Assembly (NCBI GenBank): GCA_963784355.1
Contig: CAWAQU010000012.1
Span: forward strand, 135,760 to 199,759
Length of the DNA: 64,000 nt
Direction of reading: 5' to 3'
Source: an uncultured bacterium
Lineage (GTDB): Bacteria; Patescibacteriota; JACMRA01
In this document: positions 29,576-39,302 of the stretch, piece after piece
How positions within the stretch are numbered: the first letter of the stretch is position 1
Layout of the letters: each line of letters starts with the position of its first letter
The notes under the pieces: model-generated
What the model saw: only the letters and a program-made list of their open reading frames with translations
What the model was told of the DNA's origin: nothing
Databases searched by the model: none
Made by a program: the position numbers and the translations under genes

Positions 29576-30705
29576 AATATAGCTATTCTACAAGTTTTAT
29601 CATTTGTAATATTTGTCCAAGCTTCTAGTTTAGCATCTTTTTTGATATCGCTATTTATTTTACAATTAGCCACTGTGAATATAGCTGTTGTAGAAGTTTG
29701 TGAAGTTACACCAGTTGTACTGGTAGGCTGATATTTAACTACAACTGTGTTTGTATCACTAGAAACTGCTAATAATTTAGTGACTGTGACATCAGCACTA
29801 AACTTTACTACTTCTGTAAAATTTTTATTTGTGAGTGGGGGAAGTCCTCCCAATTTTTTATTTATATAAACGAAAACCGGACTATATTCACTATTTTTAA
29901 ATTTTTTACAATTAGCTTCATCTAACTCGGGTATAATTATCTGCTGACAAGGTTGTTCTAGCTTTCTTATATCTTCAAGTTGTTTTTTAGCATTGGTGTC
30001 GATAGGACTATTGGTGGAATGATTCGCCACATAATTGGCTAAAGTAAATAATTCAGTTGGTGTGTCAACATTAGCTGGTGGTGCAGTAGGGTTTAGATAT
30101 TCCTCTTTAGTTGTTTTGGTTATATCAGTCGGAGTTGTAGGAGTGGTTGGTGTAGTTGTGTCAGTGCCTCCCCCTGGAGGAGTAGTACCAGTGGTAGTAC
30201 CTCCACTTGGTGGTGTGGTTGGGCTTGTCGTCGTGTTACCCCCCCCTAGATTACCTAAATTGAATATTTGCAGACTGAGAGTTGTGGGATTTACAACTGA
30301 TAAAATTATAGCTGGAGAGATTAAAAGTACTACACCTATGCTTATATCTCTGATTGCAGTTACGGAATTTTTTATGGCATCTCCGTCACTATTAGGATTT
30401 AAACTGTTAAATGCAGCAAAAGCGACTCTAAATACAATTAAAAATAAGGCTACAACAAAGGCAAATGTCATGACTTGCTTGATACACTTCCCAAAGATTT
30501 CAGTACCTCCCTTTGGATTGTCTTGTATGCTACTGTAATCACAGCCTGTAAAACCGCCGACACCACTAGCTCCGGTGTTTTGGGCGTAAATAGGCTTGGG
30601 AATTGCTACACTCAAAAACAAAAGTCCTAGCATTGCAAAACAGACTAGTTTGTTTAAAGCCCTAGCATATTTCTTTACTTTCGCATGTACAGAGTCAAAT
30701 GTCAT
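29572..30705 (-). CDS. TrbC/VirB2-like pilin-domain protein with T/P/G-rich linker and C-terminal extension
   Basis: Signal peptide, Cys pair, two TM helices separated by a K-containing loop ending ILSVVNP, as in CPR pilin-like proteins. Confidence 0.6.
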   Translation of the reverse strand: MTFDSVHAKVKKYARALNKLVCFAMLGLLFLSVAIPKPIYAQNTGASGVGGFTGCDYSSIQDNPKGGTEIFGKCIKQVMTFAFVVALFLIVFRVAFAAFNSLNPNSDGDAIKNSVTAIRDISIGVVLLISPAIILSVVNPTTLSLQIFNLGNLGGGNTTTSPTTPPSGGTTTGTTPPGGGTDTTTPTTPTTPTDITKTTKEEYLNPTAPPANVDTPTELFTLANYVANHSTNSPIDTNAKKQLEDIRKLEQPCQQIIIPELDEANCKKFKNSEYSPVFVYINKKLGGLPPLTNKNFTEVVKFSADVTVTKLLAVSSDTNTVVVKYQPTSTTGVTSQTSTTAIFTVANCKINSDIKKDAKLEAWTNITNDKTCRIAIL

Positions 30706-30831
30706 TACAGTAGATATAATAATATGTTTCTATTGTAGCTAGCTTTTTAGTTTTTAGCAAGTTTTGCTTGACAAACCCGCAGTTTTCCTTTTAGTCTTGT
30801 GGTGTCTGATTTTTTGAGTTAATTTTTTATA

Positions 30832-31203
30832 ATGAAAGTCTACACATTTAAACATAATTTAAATAAGAACGAAAATAAAGTAAGAGAAAGAGCAGGGGTT
30901 TTAGGATTTAATTTTGCATTTGCTAATCAAAAAAATAGTAGACGTAGAAATAACTATAAAACATTTGGCAACTCTAGCTTACTGGAAAATAGTTTTTTAT
31001 TTCAAGTTTTGGCTATATTTGGTTTAACAATAGCTGTATTTTTGTCAGTGCAAGGTATTTTTAATACAGGAAACGATGCAAACATAGCTACGGCAAAAGC
31101 AGCTAACGAAAATGTTAAATTGATCATTAATTATAATACCTCAAGTATAAACTCAACAATCCTGGAAGATAACTCCAAAGTGATTGAAATGCCCCAGCCT
31201 TAA
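30832..31203 (+). CDS. single-pass membrane hypothetical protein
   Basis: Basic N-terminus and one TM helix. Confidence 0.65.
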   Translation: MKVYTFKHNLNKNENKVRERAGVLGFNFAFANQKNSRRRNNYKTFGNSSLLENSFLFQVLAIFGLTIAVFLSVQGIFNTGNDANIATAKAANENVKLIINYNTSSINSTILEDNSKVIEMPQP

Positions 31204-31247
31204 CCCTTGACAAGACCTATTTATATTTGTACTGTAGTTATTATATT

Positions 31248-31332
31248 GCCCAGGTGGTGAAATGGTAGACACGCAAGGTTTAGGACCTTGTGCCTTAACG
31301 GTGTGAGGGTTCGAGTCCCTCCTTGGGCACCA
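31248..31332 (+). tRNA. tRNA-Leu(TAG)
   Basis: caagg-ttTAGga-ccttg, long variable arm, encoded CCA. Confidence 0.95.
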
Positions 31333-31357
31333 AGTTTTACAGTTTAATATTTTTTCT

Positions 31358-31431
31358 GCGGATATGATTTAGTGGTAGAATACGACCTTCCCAAGGTTGA
31401 TGTGGGGGTCCGATTCCCCCTATCCGCTCCA
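31358..31431 (+). tRNA. tRNA-Gly(CCC)
   Basis: gcggata acceptor stem, cgacc-ttCCCaa-ggttg, T-loop TCCGATT, encoded CCA. Confidence 0.9.
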
Positions 31432-31442
31432 AGTTAATAAAT

Positions 31443-31528
31443 GCGGTTGTGGTGAAATGGTAGACACGCTACCTTGAGGTGGTAGTGAGAGTTTTCTCGT
31501 GGAGGTTCAAATCCTCTCGACCGCACCA
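31443..31528 (+). tRNA. tRNA-Leu(GAG)
   Basis: ctacc-ttGAGgt-ggtag, long variable arm, encoded CCA. Confidence 0.95.
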
Positions 31529-31540
31529 ATTAAAAACTAT

Positions 31541-31626
31541 GCCGTGGTGGTGGAATGGTAGACACGCTGGACTCAAAATCCAGTGGTAGCAATACCGTGA
31601 GGGTTCAAGTCCCTCCCGCGGCACCA
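31541..31626 (+). tRNA. tRNA-Leu(CAA)
   Basis: ctgga-ctCAAaa-tccag, long variable arm, encoded CCA. Confidence 0.95.
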
Positions 31627-31663
31627 AGTAAAATTAAAAGAATTTAAATTAAAACAAAAAGTT

Positions 31664-32371
31664 ATGATAAAACAAGAATTCTTATATATAAATAACAAGT
31701 TTGAAGATTCGAAAAGAGCAGTAATTGTACTACCTGAAATTTACGGAGTGACAGACTTCATTGAAAATACTGTTGATAAATTTGCAGATAAGTTTGAAGC
31801 ACTTAGTTTTGGTTTAGACTTTTTTTACCAGCTCAACATGAAACCTAACAAGCTCGACTATAAAGGAGATATAGAAAAAGCTATGGGTCTCATGAACCAG
31901 ATGGGCGGAGAAGATTTTATAAATATTTTTAATAAATCAGTAGATTTAATTTTTGAGGAATATCCTAATATTCAAGAGCTGATAGTTTGTGGATTTTGTT
32001 TTGGTGGCAGATTAGCTTTTTTGAGTGGGGTTAATCCTAAAGTCAATAAAATTATTTCATTTTACGGAGCGGGTTCCAATAAGCCATTTTACAAGGGTAA
32101 ATCAGCAATTGATAATTTGTGTGAGGCTAGGGAGAGTAGTAAAGACTTAAAAGTGATTGGTTTTTTTGGTACTCAGGATCATATGATACCTAAAGAGGAT
32201 AGCGACTTAACTCTAAAAAAACTAGATGAGGCCCAAATAAATTATATTGATCGCTATTTTGACACCGGCCATGCATTCTTTAATCATGATAGAGAAATGT
32301 ATAGCGAAACATCAGCTAAGCAGGCTTGGGAGATTATTCATACTTTTGTGAGCCTACCTATTGTTATTTAG
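31664..32371 (+). CDS. dienelactone hydrolase family protein
   Basis: VIVLPEIYGV, GFCFGG nucleophile, SFYG, FGTQDHMIP, TGHAFFN. Confidence 0.92.
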   Translation: MIKQEFLYINNKFEDSKRAVIVLPEIYGVTDFIENTVDKFADKFEALSFGLDFFYQLNMKPNKLDYKGDIEKAMGLMNQMGGEDFINIFNKSVDLIFEEYPNIQELIVCGFCFGGRLAFLSGVNPKVNKIISFYGAGSNKPFYKGKSAIDNLCEARESSKDLKVIGFFGTQDHMIPKEDSDLTLKKLDEAQINYIDRYFDTGHAFFNHDREMYSETSAKQAWEIIHTFVSLPIVI

Positions 32372-32383
32372 CTAAACAGGAAT

Positions 32384-32729
32384 ATGATTTACAGTGATTA
32401 TCTAGGTCAGGAGTTTGCCGTTACTGTAGATCGGCCACTTGGTAGCAAACATCCAAAATTTGAAAATTTAATCTATCCTGTAAACTACGGATTTATAGAA
32501 GGCATTATAGCCCCTGACGGACATTAATGCGTATATTTTAGGGGTTTTCGAGCCGGTCAAAAACTTTAAAGGTAACTGTATAGCGATTGTGCATAGATTA
32601 AATGATGTTGAAGATAAATTAATTATTGTACCCAAAAATAAAAATTACACAGAATTACAGATTAAAGCTTTAACTGAATTTCAAGAAAAATATTTTGAAA
32701 GTGAAATAATCTTATTTAAGCCTGAATAA
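32384..32729 (+). pseudogene. frameshifted inorganic pyrophosphatase-like gene
   Basis: MIYSDYLGQEFAVTVDRPLGSKHPKFENLIYPVNYGFIEGIIAPDG, frame change near 32520, then DINAYILGVFEPVKNFKGNCIAIVHRLNDVEDKLIIVP...FQEKYFES. Confidence 0.85.
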
Positions 32730-32815
32730 AGTTAGTTTTAATTTGCATATTTAAGGTAATAATTGTACTAAAAATGAATATTGACAGTAATTTATCTCCA
32801 GTTTAGATTGCTCAC

Positions 32816-33160
32816 ATGACTTTTAAAAAAATTGCTTTTATAGCCAACACTTTGTTTGAATTTGCTGTGGCTATTGGTACATTTGCAGCCGCTGCGGGTG
32901 ACAACATTAGCTCTGCTCCAATAATTACCGGAAATGCTATTGGTTTAGGAACTTTAAGCCTGGCCATGATAAACCGGGAAAACCCTGAACATACCAGAGC
33001 CGGAACTGTTGCTTTAGCCGCTTTTCATACTTCGATTACTCTAATTTGGCTGATTTTTATAGCTCAAACTAAAAATTTTAATCCTGCGGCAATAGTACAT
33101 GCTTTGTTTGCAGCAACATTTATCTACCTGGCTAGAAAAGATTTTGTTAAACAAGTGTAA
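32816..33160 (+). CDS. small 4-TM membrane protein (likely leaderless mRNA)
   Basis: Hydrophobic ORF; TTGACA-17-TAGATT-6-ATG upstream. Confidence 0.75.
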   Translation: MTFKKIAFIANTLFEFAVAIGTFAAAAGDNISSAPIITGNAIGLGTLSLAMINRENPEHTRAGTVALAAFHTSITLIWLIFIAQTKNFNPAAIVHALFAATFIYLARKDFVKQV

Positions 33161-33223
33161 CTTTGTTTTAAATTGACATATTTGGTAGCTTTGGTTATTT
33201 TTCTCTCACTAAGTGAGGGCTAT

Positions 33224-33547
33224 ATGATTTTATCAACTACACCAAATTTAGAAGGAAAGAAAATTGTCAATTATGTCGGCGTAGTGACCGGCGAGGCGAT
33301 TTTAGGTGCTAATTTTTTCAGAGATTTATTGGCGGGAATTACAGATTTTATAGGTGGCCGTTCCGGTGCTTATGAGCAATCGTTGAATGAAGCTAGGGAA
33401 ATTGCCATGCATGAGATGAATCAAAAAGCCCAGGCAATGGGTGCAAATGCTATTGTAGGAATTGATATTGATTACGAATCAATTGGAGGTACTGATAAAT
33501 CAATGCTTATGGTAACTTGTAGTGGCACGGCAGTTGTAATTGAGTAA
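33224..33547 (+). CDS. YbjQ/UPF0145 heavy-metal-binding domain protein
   Basis: [14 protein letters not shown]...GEAILGAN...GGRSGAYE...[12 protein letters not shown]...[11 protein letters not shown]; start adjusted to ATG 33224. Confidence 0.93.
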   Translation: MILSTTPNLEGKKIVNYVGVVTGEAILGANFFRDLLAGITDFIGGRSGAYEQSLNEAREIAMHEMNQKAQAMGANAIVGIDIDYESIGGTDKSMLMVTCSGTAVVIE

Positions 33548-33550
33548 TTT

Positions 33551-34093
33551 ATGTATATTATTACAGGAAACAAGGGGAAATTAGCTGAATATCAAACATT
33601 TTTTCCTGGGATTAGTCCAATGGAGCTAGATTTGCCTGAAATTCAAGAACTTGATGAGTACAAAGTCCAAAAATCTAAAATTGAGGCTGCGCTGAAGTAT
33701 TTGCCTGGTGATTTTGTGATAGATGAAGTATCATTTTACCTGGACTGTATTCCAGGCCTCCCTGGGCCATTTATTAAATGGTTTAACTATACTATTAAGC
33801 CGGAAGGGATATATGAGCTAGCATCAAAATATGACAACTACAAGGCCTCTGCTAAGTGTATTATAAGCTACGTTGAAAGTAATGATAAGGTTTTCCACTT
33901 TGAAGGTGTTGTGGATGGAGAGATAGTTTTACCTAGACAGGAAGGGTTACAAGGTTTCGGTTTTGATAAAATATTCCAACCTTTGGGCTTGGATAGAACT
34001 TATGCTGAAATGGATAAAGAAGAAAAAAATAAAATATCTCACAGAGGTATCGCTTTGCAAAAACTTAGTGATTTTTTAAAAAATAATACTTAG
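33551..34093 (+). CDS. rdgB: non-canonical purine NTP pyrophosphatase (RdgB/HAM1)
   Basis: ITGNKGKLAE, LPEIQE, GLPGPFIKWF, GFGFDKIF, KNKISHRG. Confidence 0.92.
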   Translation: MYIITGNKGKLAEYQTFFPGISPMELDLPEIQELDEYKVQKSKIEAALKYLPGDFVIDEVSFYLDCIPGLPGPFIKWFNYTIKPEGIYELASKYDNYKASAKCIISYVESNDKVFHFEGVVDGEIVLPRQEGLQGFGFDKIFQPLGLDRTYAEMDKEEKNKISHRGIALQKLSDFLKNNT

Positions 34094-34097
34094 CGAG

Positions 34098-34904
34098 GTG
34101 CTAAAAAAAGATCTTGATAATCAGATTTTACTTGTAGATAAACCATTGGGGTGGTCCTCTTTTGATGTGATAAGAAGATTAAAAAAGATCGCTAAATTTA
34201 AAAAAATTGGCCATGCAGGAACTTTAGATCCACTAGCTTCAGGTCTTTTGATCGTAGCTACCGGTGATAAAACTAAGCAAATACCGCTTATCCAGGCTGA
34301 GCAAAAAGAATATATAGCAAAATTTTGCTTGGGAGCTACAACACCTTCTTTAGATACGGAGTTTTTCCCAACAGATTTTGTAGACGTATCAAAAATTACT
34401 CGTGAGGCAGTTGAAAACGTGATCAAAGAAAATTTTATTGGTAAAATATTACAAACTCCACCCGAATTTTCAGCAGTTAGAATCAACGGTAAAAGAGCAT
34501 ACAAACTTGCTAGGGAAAGTAAAGAGTTTGAAATAAGTCCTAAAGAAATTGAGATTTATAATTTTGAAGTAATAGATTTTGAATTTATCAAACCCTTTGA
34601 GCTACCGTACAATGCTAGTTTATTAAAAAGACAGGAAAATCTTATTATAATTGATAGAGAATCTTTGCCGGTAGTAAATTTGGTCTATTTTAATGTCAAA
34701 ATTAACTGCTCCAAAGGTACATATGTTAGGGCTTTAGCTAGAGATATAGCAAAACAATTCAATACCAACGGCTATACATTGGAACTAAAGCGTACTAAAA
34801 TCGGAGACTGCAAGCTTGATGATGCTTTAAATTTGAAGCAATTTGTCGATGAAAACCTTGATATTGATGCAAATACAGTGATGCAAATGTTTGACAATCT
34901 GTAG
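34098..34904 (+). CDS. truB: tRNA pseudouridine(55) synthase
   Basis: VDKPLGWSSFDVI, KIGHAGTLDPLASGLL, QTPPEFSA, CSKGTYVRALARD. Confidence 0.97.
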   Translation: MLKKDLDNQILLVDKPLGWSSFDVIRRLKKIAKFKKIGHAGTLDPLASGLLIVATGDKTKQIPLIQAEQKEYIAKFCLGATTPSLDTEFFPTDFVDVSKITREAVENVIKENFIGKILQTPPEFSAVRINGKRAYKLARESKEFEISPKEIEIYNFEVIDFEFIKPFELPYNASLLKRQENLIIIDRESLPVVNLVYFNVKINCSKGTYVRALARDIAKQFNTNGYTLELKRTKIGDCKLDDALNLKQFVDENLDIDANTVMQMFDNL

Positions 34905-34989
34905 AAATTAAGCATAATTAGCTTTAATTCGGTAGCAAAACATTTTTTTGAAACTATCCGGCCATTAATTTTTTGTATATATTTTATCT

Positions 34990-35415
34990 ATGCCTGAATC
35001 ATTTCCATTTACTAAGGTTTTTAACAAATTTCTTCCTCCAAAGGAAAAAGAGCTGCCAGCTATTAAAATTGATAAAGATTTTTTTCCACAAATCAAGCCG
35101 GAAAGGAAAGCTTATTTAAAAAATGAGCTAGAAAAACTAGGTAATAATATAGTGCTAAACTCAGAAGGAGTAGTCAATTTAGGAGGATTAAAACTGCAAA
35201 GTGAAATGGAAGTGAAATATGCTATATCAAAATTGCATACACAAGCTAGAAAAGGTAAAAACTTTGCTGATTTAGATACTGCCATACCATTGTTTGTAAG
35301 TAGAACTGTAGAAGAAACTGGTACTAAACATTATTTTGTTGCTATGAATCTTAGTAGTGATAAGATAAAGCAGAGAGTAATTGACTTGTTAAACCCTGAC
35401 CATAGAATTTTTTAA
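34990..35415 (+). CDS. hypothetical protein
   Basis: 141-aa ORF. Confidence 0.6.
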   Translation: MPESFPFTKVFNKFLPPKEKELPAIKIDKDFFPQIKPERKAYLKNELEKLGNNIVLNSEGVVNLGGLKLQSEMEVKYAISKLHTQARKGKNFADLDTAIPLFVSRTVEETGTKHYFVAMNLSSDKIKQRVIDLLNPDHRIF

Positions 35416-35511
35416 GTGATGTGTGAAATTTAAAATAGTATAATCTGATCAAAATAACTAACTATTCCTCCATTTAGCTTTACAAAACTCACGAAAGTTT
35501 CTATACCTTAG

Positions 35512-35536
35512 CCGCATTTTTATTAAGTGCGGTTTT
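35512..35536 (+). terminator. intrinsic terminator
   Basis: gccgcattt-ttatt-aagtgcggt followed by ttt. Confidence 0.55.
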
Positions 35537-35563
35537 ATATTTTGTAAATGTAAATAAAAGATT

Positions 35564-36301
35564 ATGAATGAATTTCAATTAAAAACACCCCAAAAAGAAA
35601 CAAAATTATCTTGGGAAGAGATAGCCATGAAAAATTATGAAATTAATCCACAAGGACATATTAAATTTCCAGCAGCAATCCAAAAACAAATTGACAATAC
35701 CAGCAAAGCGGAACTTTTGCGCTCTAAAATCAGTCAAAAGATTGGTCTTGAGTTGCAGGTGATTAAGGAAAATGGTAATTTTAGGATTGAGGTAAAACGA
35801 ACCTTAACAGTTCCTAGCCCTTTGTATTGGCAATCAAGTATGGCAATGTCCAAAATTATTGAGGAAAAGCTGAGTCGGATGAGCATTTATATTTTATCAC
35901 CATTTTTAGCTTTTAATATAAACCATATGCCGGTTGAAAATGAACCATTAGCCGGTAATTCAAGTGAGGGTAAAAAAATAAATCGCCGATCAATTGTAGA
36001 AAAGCAAATAGCTTCAATTCTGGAGTTAATGAATTCTACACCAAATTTATTGAAAAATGTTAATGCAATAGTTTTAAATTTTCAGCATCCAAACGAACTG
36101 GAAAAGGCTGATAATATAAGCAGTGTAGTCATCCCTTTATTGTATATTTGGAGTTTGAAAAATTCTGCCTCAAATGATGGCAAGTCTACTAATACCAACT
36201 ATAATGAAATGGCTGAAAATATTGAAAAGCTCATCAGTCCTTCTTTGAATCACTATAATAGAAATTATGAAGCTTTAAAACGGTTGAAAAGTGGTATTTA
36301 A
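35564..36301 (+). CDS. hypothetical protein
   Basis: 245-aa ORF. Confidence 0.65.
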   Translation: MNEFQLKTPQKETKLSWEEIAMKNYEINPQGHIKFPAAIQKQIDNTSKAELLRSKISQKIGLELQVIKENGNFRIEVKRTLTVPSPLYWQSSMAMSKIIEEKLSRMSIYILSPFLAFNINHMPVENEPLAGNSSEGKKINRRSIVEKQIASILELMNSTPNLLKNVNAIVLNFQHPNELEKADNISSVVIPLLYIWSLKNSASNDGKSTNTNYNEMAENIEKLISPSLNHYNRNYEALKRLKSGI

Positions 36302-36408
36302 ATATAAGTAGTTGGTGTTTTCCACTTTGACAACATATAGGAAATGGAGTAAAATTAAGTTATTAGGGTAGGTATTTCCCAACTAAATACTCAAAACAAA
36401 AATAAAAA

Positions 36409-36819
36409 ATGTTTCTCACTTTATTTCACCCGCAAGTAATTCAGGCTTTTATAGTCTGGTTCTTGTTTGAAAAGCCCATTTCAATAATCAAAAATTCTTT
36501 GGCTTATATGAGGGCCACAGCTGATATTTTTTCATTTTCCTTTTTACTAAAAACTTTGTTTGTACCCTGGAAAAACATGATCAGAGATTACCCTCAAAAA
36601 GGCTTTAATCCACAGCTGGTGATGCAAATTCTTTTTGACAACATGATTGCTAGATCAGTTGGTGCTGTAGTGCGTATTTTTACCATTTTTACTGGCATCA
36701 TGATAGAGCTAATGATTTTAATTTTTGCTTTAATTTATGTAGTACTCTGGTATACTTTCCCTGTTTTGTTATTTTTCGGTTTAATTTACACTTTAGGTTA
36801 TGGATCGATACTACAATAG
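36409..36819 (+). CDS. membrane protein, partner of the downstream Clp-like ATPase
   Basis: FSFSFLLKTLFVPWK...NMIARSVGAVVR pattern; overlaps the ATPase gene. Confidence 0.8.
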   Translation: MFLTLFHPQVIQAFIVWFLFEKPISIIKNSLAYMRATADIFSFSFLLKTLFVPWKNMIRDYPQKGFNPQLVMQILFDNMIARSVGAVVRIFTIFTGIMIELMILIFALIYVVLWYTFPVLLFFGLIYTLGYGSILQ

Positions 36820-39253
36820 ATTTCTCTCTAGAGCTTATGTTGCAAGGGTTTTAAATGGATTGTTTTTTAATCCTTTATCTATTTTATTGTATACTTTAGT
36901 TTTTTCTGGTTTGTTTTATGTCGTGCTTTCGTTTAAGCTTTTGTCCTGGGCTATTTTAATTGTATCAACCTTTTTGTATTTTCTATTTTTGCTTAGGAGT
37001 TTTGTCAGTGAGCGCCTCAGATGGGCCGATAAAAAGCCAATTTTCAATAATAACTTGGCGGATTTGATTGAATTTGAACTTGGCTATAATTTAGTTAAAC
37101 ATGGAAATTTAAGTATCTATACACTGTTTCAAAGTGCCATTGAGACAAAGTCAGGAGTTAGAATTCTAAATAGATTGGGGCTGGATAAAAAACAGATTTT
37201 AGAACAAGTGCAAACTTTTTATACTCAAAATCAACAGCAAAGTCATACTCAAGACCAAATTACAAATGATCTACTTAGGATTTTACAGGATGGAACCGTA
37301 AAAAAATTGGATGCAGGGTTGATTTTTTATTATTTATTTACTCGTGGAGGTATTTTTGCTGATATACTTAATAAACAAAATTTGTCACTAGAGGAGTTTT
37401 GGAAGCTAATTCAGTGGAATGAGATGGAGGTTGCTAAAGAAGAGTGGAATCATTTTCAGATTACAGAAGGTCTCAAGCGAAATTTTGACTCTTTTGGTAG
37501 AAACTGGGCACTTGGGTATACTTTAGCTTTGGATATGGTGACCGAAGACATTAGTGAAAATATATTACGCCAAAAAGAAGGTGAAGTAATTGCTCATAAA
37601 GATGTGTTAAATTCTGTTGCACAGTCTATTTCAGGAGTGAGGCATAAAAATGCTTTAATATTGGGCAAAAACGGGGTAGGGAAAACCACTTTGGTTTATA
37701 ATTTGGCTTATTTGATGAGAAAGTACGAAAAAGAGCATAATCTTAGATATTCTAGAATTTTAAAATTGAAAACTACTGATTTGTTGTTTGGAAATAAAGA
37801 TGCGGAAAATTATTTACTCAAGGCCTTGTCTGTAGCTGAGAGGTCCGGGGATATTATTATTTATATTGAATCTATTTCTACCTTGTTGACTGCTCAAAAT
37901 GGTAATCTAAACATGGTTATATCAAGATTTTTAAATTCTCCTCGTATCAATGTAATTGGTATAGAAAGTAACGAGAATTATCATGGTCTAATCAAAAATA
38001 ATCCTGCCTTCAACGAATTTTTTGACAATTTTACCCTGGACGATGCTTCAAAAGAAGATACTTTTGCTATTTTGGTGAAGGAAACTCAAGACATGGAAAA
38101 ACATAGTAGCATACGTTTTACTTTTAAAGCTTTGCAGTCTGCCATTGACCTTTCGGGTAGATATATAGGAAATCAAGGCTTCCCCGGAAAAGCAATTAAC
38201 ATAATTAACGAAGCTTTTGATGTGGCTAGAAATGAAGGTAGCCAATATGTTTTGGAAACCCATGTACGCGCTGCGATTGAAAAAGTGGCCCATATAAATG
38301 TATCTGCTGTAGGAGGTGGAGAAAAAACTAAACTTTTAGAATTATTTAATCATCTGAGGCAAGATGTAATCGGGCAGGATCACGCACTCGAATCTATTGT
38401 AGGCGCTTTAAAAAGAGCTAAATTGGATTTAGGACAGGGGCATGGTCCGCTTGGTACTTTTCTGTTTTTGGGTACTACCGGTGTGGGTAAGACTGAAACT
38501 GCCAAATCTCTGGCTAAGAACTATTTCGGTGGTGAAGATAAGATGATTAGGTTGGATATGAACGAGTACAGTTCACCAAACTCGGTTTATAGTATTATCG
38601 GTTCGGAATCCGAAGAAGGTTTTTTGACTAAAAAAGTGCAAGATAATCCATTTTCTTTAATTTTACTTGATGAGATCGAAAAAGCACATAAAACTGTACT
38701 AAATACTTTTCTGCAGATTTTAGATGAAGGTATGATGACTGATAACCGCGGAATTAAAACTGATTTTAGAAATACAATCATTATAGCAACTTCCAATGCC
38801 GGGGCTACTTTTATAGGTGACAAGATTATTAATGAAGGGATTACAGATAAAACCGTTTTGAAAAAAATGCTATTAAAAGAGCTTGTAGAATCTGGTCTGT
38901 ATTCGCCTGAATTTTTAAATAGATTTAATGATATTTTGGTATTTTATCCACTTGATGCTAAAAGTGCATTTATGGTTGCAGGTAAAATGATTTATGGTTT
39001 AGAAAAAGAATTTGCAGAGCAGAGGGGTATACAGTTAATGATAGATAACCAAGTGGTAGCTTACTTATCCCAGCTAGGCTACAGTGCTGAATACGGTGCT
39101 AGAGAAATGAACAGGACAATTAAGGATAAACTGGAAAACTATTTGGCCGATTATTTGTTGACCCATGACGTGGCTAGAGGTCAAGCTATACCAATTACCA
39201 TGAATGAAATCAATGGGCAGCAAAATTATCAAAGCTATAACCCAGTGTATTAA
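36800..39253 (+). CDS. membrane-anchored ClpA/ClpB-family AAA+ ATPase
   Basis: Two N-terminal TM helices; D1 GKNGVGKT; D2 VIGQDHA, GTTGVGKTETAK, RLDMNEY, LLDEIEKAH, PEFLNRF, YGAREM. Confidence 0.92.
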   Translation: MDRYYNRFLSRAYVARVLNGLFFNPLSILLYTLVFSGLFYVVLSFKLLSWAILIVSTFLYFLFLLRSFVSERLRWADKKPIFNNNLADLIEFELGYNLVKHGNLSIYTLFQSAIETKSGVRILNRLGLDKKQILEQVQTFYTQNQQQSHTQDQITNDLLRILQDGTVKKLDAGLIFYYLFTRGGIFADILNKQNLSLEEFWKLIQWNEMEVAKEEWNHFQITEGLKRNFDSFGRNWALGYTLALDMVTEDISENILRQKEGEVIAHKDVLNSVAQSISGVRHKNALILGKNGVGKTTLVYNLAYLMRKYEKEHNLRYSRILKLKTTDLLFGNKDAENYLLKALSVAERSGDIIIYIESISTLLTAQNGNLNMVISRFLNSPRINVIGIESNENYHGLIKNNPAFNEFFDNFTLDDASKEDTFAILVKETQDMEKHSSIRFTFKALQSAIDLSGRYIGNQGFPGKAINIINEAFDVARNEGSQYVLETHVRAAIEKVAHINVSAVGGGEKTKLLELFNHLRQDVIGQDHALESIVGALKRAKLDLGQGHGPLGTFLFLGTTGVGKTETAKSLAKNYFGGEDKMIRLDMNEYSSPNSVYSIIGSESEEGFLTKKVQDNPFSLILLDEIEKAHKTVLNTFLQILDEGMMTDNRGIKTDFRNTIIIATSNAGATFIGDKIINEGITDKTVLKKMLLKELVESGLYSPEFLNRFNDILVFYPLDAKSAFMVAGKMIYGLEKEFAEQRGIQLMIDNQVVAYLSQLGYSAEYGAREMNRTIKDKLENYLADYLLTHDVARGQAIPITMNEINGQQNYQSYNPVY

Positions 39254-39302
39254 TTTAAAAAAAGGCAATACCTAGCGTTTGTAACAATCAAATTTGCTAG
39301 TT

